Source: a virus
Lineage: Duplodnaviria > Caudoviricetes
Strand: one strand, 5' to 3'
IMG/VR virus record: IMGVR_UViG_3300037424_001329
Coordinates: 1-55,917 of that record
DNA length: 55,917 nucleotides
The translations under genes were made by a program, and so were the position numbers. The notes beneath the pieces are model-generated. The model was given only the letters and a program-made list of their open reading frames with translations. It did not search any database and was not told where the DNA came from. The number at the start of each line of letters is the position of its first letter. Positions within the stretch are counted from its first letter, which is position 1. Shown piece by piece: positions 52,564 through 55,917 of this stretch.

Positions 52564-55500
52564 CGATGGACGATTTCCAGACGCGCCAGCTCTCCCAGGA
52601 TATAATGGAGGGCGTTGACACCGCCGCGCCGCAGAAGGCGCAGGGCGATTTTACCCCATTCCAGCAGCAGCTCTTGGGTCTCGGCGCTCCGGCCGGCAAG
52701 GACCAGCCCCAGGCTGGCGCCCCGGCGCCGCGCGCACCGCTCCCCATCAACGACGCAGACGAGGTGACCATCTCCAGCGCGCTCGACTGGATGAATGCCG
52801 CCAAGCAGCAGCGCAACGAGCAGGCCCGCCGGGACGCAGAAGCCTCGGCGGCGGACTTCGCCAGATCTTCCAGCGGCATGGACGAAAGCAACTTCATCGA
52901 GCCGCCGGTGGCAGATGGGCGTCCAGGCAACCAGCCATGGGGCATGCTCTCCCCGGAGGAGGCGCGTGCCGAAGTGCAGGGCACTCTGACGAAGCGCCAG
53001 GCCGAATTGAAAGAAGCGGCCAGCAGCCGGTACCTGGCTGGCACACCGCAGAGCGGCGGCCTTGCCGCTTTTTTTCAGGACAGCGCGCGCGGCCGGCTTA
53101 AGGAAGCGGAGGCGTCAGTCGTCAGCACCGAGGCTCGCCTGGCTGGGAAGGAGGGTCTGCCCACCCTGACGCCGTCCAGGAACTACCTGGAAACTGGAAT
53201 TCAGTCCTTCGGTACCAGCATCGCTTCTGTACCGAGGTTCGCCGGCATTGCCAGTGTCTGGATGGGGCAGGAAGCTGGCGCCGTTGACCCGAACCTCAAG
53301 GCTGAGGACAACGAGCTGACCAAGCTCGGCGGCCTCATGGAAGCCTATGTGAAGGAGAAATTCCCAGGCGATCCTGCACGGCAGGAAGAGTTTGGCACGA
53401 AGATGGCAGCCTTCGCCGGGTTCATGGCTTCCCTCTACGGCGCCGGTGGAATCAAATCCGTGACCCAGGGCGGACCGGCGGCCGTGGCCAAGATCGGCGA
53501 TATGTTCTCGAAAGCGTCGGCCGTGTCTCTCGCGGTGGCCCCCTCTGCCATGGGGCAATACGATGCTGCGACGCAGGCCATGCGGCTGCAGGACATTCCC
53601 GGCACCAAGGTGGATGAGACGAACCGCATCACGGAGCGTGACCGCAAGCTGGCGACCCTGATGGGGGCTGGGATCGGGCTGAGCTACCTCATCCCGCTGG
53701 GCTCAGCCCTGGCGACACCAGCCGAGCGTTCGGCCGGAGAGTTCTTGGCTCAGACCCTCAAGGGGTCCGGCATCACGTCAGCCCAAATGGCAGGCTTCAA
53801 CGTCCTCTCCAACCTGGCGGCCAAGACCACATACGACCCGAACAGGAGCCCCATCGAGGGCCTTCAGGATGACATGGCCCTCGGCGCCATCTTCGGTGGC
53901 ATGACTCATGCCATCTCCGCCGCCGGACGGCGCCCCCTTTCGACCCCTGAGGAAATTCAGGCGTTCATCAAGAACCCGAAGTTCGCCCGCGGTGTGGACC
54001 GGCTTGCGCCGTTCGAGGAAGGCGGACCGAACCCGCTGGCAGATTCTCTCCACCTTTCGAACCGCGCGCTCCCGGCGCCGAAGACCACTGCCGACATCAA
54101 GGCCGAGATGAAGGAGTTCGTGCAGCAGGCAAAAAAGGCCGGGGACAAGGAGCCTGGGCACGAGAACTATTACCGCGATCTGGAGCGGATGCTCGACGAG
54201 AAGTTCCCAGACGAAGCACCGGCCCAGGCAGCAGATCCCACCGCCCCGGAACCGGAGGCCCCAATTAAGGCTGAGGCTGCCGCCGGCGAACCAGCGGAGG
54301 CGGCCGGCAAGGTGGAGAAGACCACCGAAACCCCTGAGGCGCCAGCAGGAGCCCCTGAGGGGTTATCCCCCGCCCAGACCCTGGCGGCGCACGGCGCCGA
54401 TAAGGCCGCCTTCAACGCCGCTGTGGGCGATCTGAAGGGGCAAGGGTTCTCGATCGGGCAGTGGAGGGATATCGCCAGCGAATACGCCAAGGAGGCTGGG
54501 GTCCCGGCGGTTGTCATCAAGTCCGCCCAGGCCGCCCCCACCGCGCTGCGTAAAATGCAGGCGCAGGTCCTGGAGGCCAAAGGCAAGGAAGAGACTCTGC
54601 AGCGGCTGGCCGGCGAGGCCGTGACGCCAAACGCTGACGCCACGCTTGCGGCGGCCTACCCGAATCATGACGCCGTTGCTGCGGCGCGCGTTTCTCCGGA
54701 CCCGGTGATCCAGGCGGTTGGCCAGGCCCTGACGGACGTTGCGCCTGGCGTCGCCACGCTCAAGGCCGGCATCAGCCTCGGCGAGGTTGACCCGCAAACC
54801 GACATCAGCCAGCATATGTCCGATGCCCTGCAGATCATGACGGAGATCCAGCAGAAGGGCTCGACGCCCGATATGTACTTCGCGGGCCAGGATACCGATC
54901 CTGCCATCGAGGCCCTGGTGCGCGGGCTGCATGGCAAGCCGAATGCAGGCGAGATCGCCGCACACATCGTGAAGACCTATGTCCAGGAGGCCATTCAGCA
55001 TGAAGAAGGCGGGAATATACGTTCCACGCCCGCAGCGGTTCAAGCCATCCGAGCCGGCGCGGCCGAAAAAGTCGCGGAGCGGCGGAGCAGCAAAGCTGGC
55101 CTTGCCGGGAAAGGCAAAGGGATCGGGGAACCAGTCCAAGGTGAAGCCGGGAGTGGGGCAGAGCCCATCGGGCGGGAACCAGGACAACCAGCAGCAGGCG
55201 CAGCAGGACCTGACGCAGAATCAGCCGTCGTCACCGCTGGCGCAGGGGCTGCTGGGGAAGGCGCTTCAGTCAGCCAGCCAGCAGTTCAGCGACCCCACCC
55301 TGCTGGACGCGGCGCAGGGGCTGCTAAGCCCGGAGGGGTGACTGACGGATACTCCGCTCTTTCGCACGCCCTCAAGGTAAAGACCTCGGTCGAGGCCGCC
55401 ACCGGGAAAATGCCGGATCGCCTGAAGAGGGCTGTGCATCTGGTGTCACAGCACCTTGTCGCAGCGAAGACTCTCCTGGCACCCAGTGGGGCGGAGATCA

Positions 55501-55917
55501 AGCCTTTGCCCGTCGGGGCCGCGGGGGAGCATCAGCGCGACATGCTGGAGGCTCATCGCTGGAACGATCCAGACGATCACATTTCCATTGCGGCGGAGGA
55601 GCTGCCAACGCTCCGGCGCTATGCTGAGGAAGCCCAGCGTCTCTCCGGGCAGCCCGCTATTGCCGCGGTCGAGCCGCTTATCCTGGCTGTCAAGACGCTT
55701 GCTGCCATTCGCCAGGTTGGCCCCCGCGAATACTGGGATGAGATCACCCAGGCCCAGGGCCGCCCGCAGACCGAGGTGCAGGCCGGCTTCGACGAGATGC
55801 TGTCCTCCCGCATCCCCATGAAGGACTGGGAGACCCATCTCGACGCCTCCCGCGAATCCATGCAGCCGATGATCGACGCTGCCATCGAGGATGGCCGGCT
55901 GCGTATCGGTCATGATG
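52560..55917 (+). CDS. large internal virion protein, 3'-truncated (not in the ORF track)
   Basis: ATGA overlap at 52560 with GGAG RBS; MTMDDFQTRQLSQD...; frame appears open to the window edge (~1119 codons). Confidence 0.75.
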   Translation, partial: MTMDDFQTRQLSQDIMEGVDTAAPQKAQGDFTPFQQQLLGLGAPAGKDQPQAGAPAPRAPLPINDADEVTISSALDWMNAAKQQRNEQARRDAEASAADFARSSSGMDESNFIEPPVADGRPGNQPWGMLSPEEARAEVQGTLTKRQAELKEAASSRYLAGTPQSGGLAAFFQDSARGRLKEAEASVVSTEARLAGKEGLPTLTPSRNYLETGIQSFGTSIASVPRFAGIASVWMGQEAGAVDPNLKAEDNELTKLGGLMEAYVKEKFPGDPARQEEFGTKMAAFAGFMASLYGAGGIKSVTQGGPAAVAKIGDMFSKASAVSLAVAPSAMGQYDAATQAMRLQDIPGTKVDETNRITERDRKLATLMGAGIGLSYLIPLGSALATPAERSAGEFLAQTLKGSGITSAQMAGFNVLSNLAAKTTYDPNRSPIEGLQDDMALGAIFGGMTHAISAAGRRPLSTPEEIQAFIKNPKFARGVDRLAPFEEGGPNPLADSLHLSNRALPAPKTTADIKAEMKEFVQQAKKAGDKEPGHENYYRDLERMLDEKFPDEAPAQAADPTAPEPEAPIKAEAAAGEPAEAAGKVEKTTETPEAPAGAPEGLSPAQTLAAHGADKAAFNAAVGDLKGQGFSIGQWRDIASEYAKEAGVPAVVIKSAQAAPTALRKMQAQVLEAKGKEETLQRLAGEAVTPNADATLAAAYPNHDAVAAARVSPDPVIQAVGQALTDVAPGVATLKAGISLGEVDPQTDISQHMSDALQIMTEIQQKGSTPDMYFAGQDTDPAIEALVRGLHGKPNAGEIAAHIVKTYVQEAIQHEEGGNIRSTPAAVQAIRAGAAEKVAERRSSKAGLAGKGKGIGEPVQGEAGSGAEPIGREPGQPAAGAAGPDAESAVVTAGAGAAGEGASVSQPAVQRPHPAGRGAGAAKPGGVTDGYSALSHALKVKTSVEAATGKMPDRLKRAVHLVSQHLVAAKTLLAPSGAEIKPLPVGAAGEHQRDMLEAHRWNDPDDHISIAAEELPTLRRYAEEAQRLSGQPAIAAVEPLILAVKTLAAIRQVGPREYWDEITQAQGRPQTEVQAGFDEMLSSRIPMKDWETHLDASRESMQPMIDAAIEDGRLRIGHD

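Overview
This window is a ~56 kb segment of a GC-rich tailed phage or prophage with podovirus-type (T7/BPP-1-like) virion genes. The host is probably alphaproteobacterial (inference from gene families). Layout from left to right: (1) late-regulator-like and decoration-like genes, a serine recombinase, an Sf6-like small terminase and an HNH gene (0-9 kb); (2) small rightward genes ending in ssb (9-12.5 kb); (3) an ~11 kb leftward array of ~30 small genes (12.7-23.9 kb); (4) a divergent promoter region and rightward middle genes (24-34 kb); (5) an intein-containing large terminase, portal, scaffold, major capsid, tail tube A/B, an inserted non-autonomous IS200/IS605 element (RHH + tnpB) and internal virion proteins running off the right edge. 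The most striking feature is in the leftward array. Most genes are followed by a ~50-nt hairpin whose stems vary in sequence, and 13 copies keep a 4x4 internal loop with an invariant G opposite an invariant A. A strong AAAGGGAG-type RBS follows. This could be an RNA-processing or cassette system. Other leads: a TnpB element inserted exactly at a start codon, a di-Gly-terminated protein with a Cys-motif partner, a mini-intein in the terminase Walker B motif, and an ejection protein with two peptidoglycan-hydrolase domains. All family assignments are by motif recognition; no searches were run.
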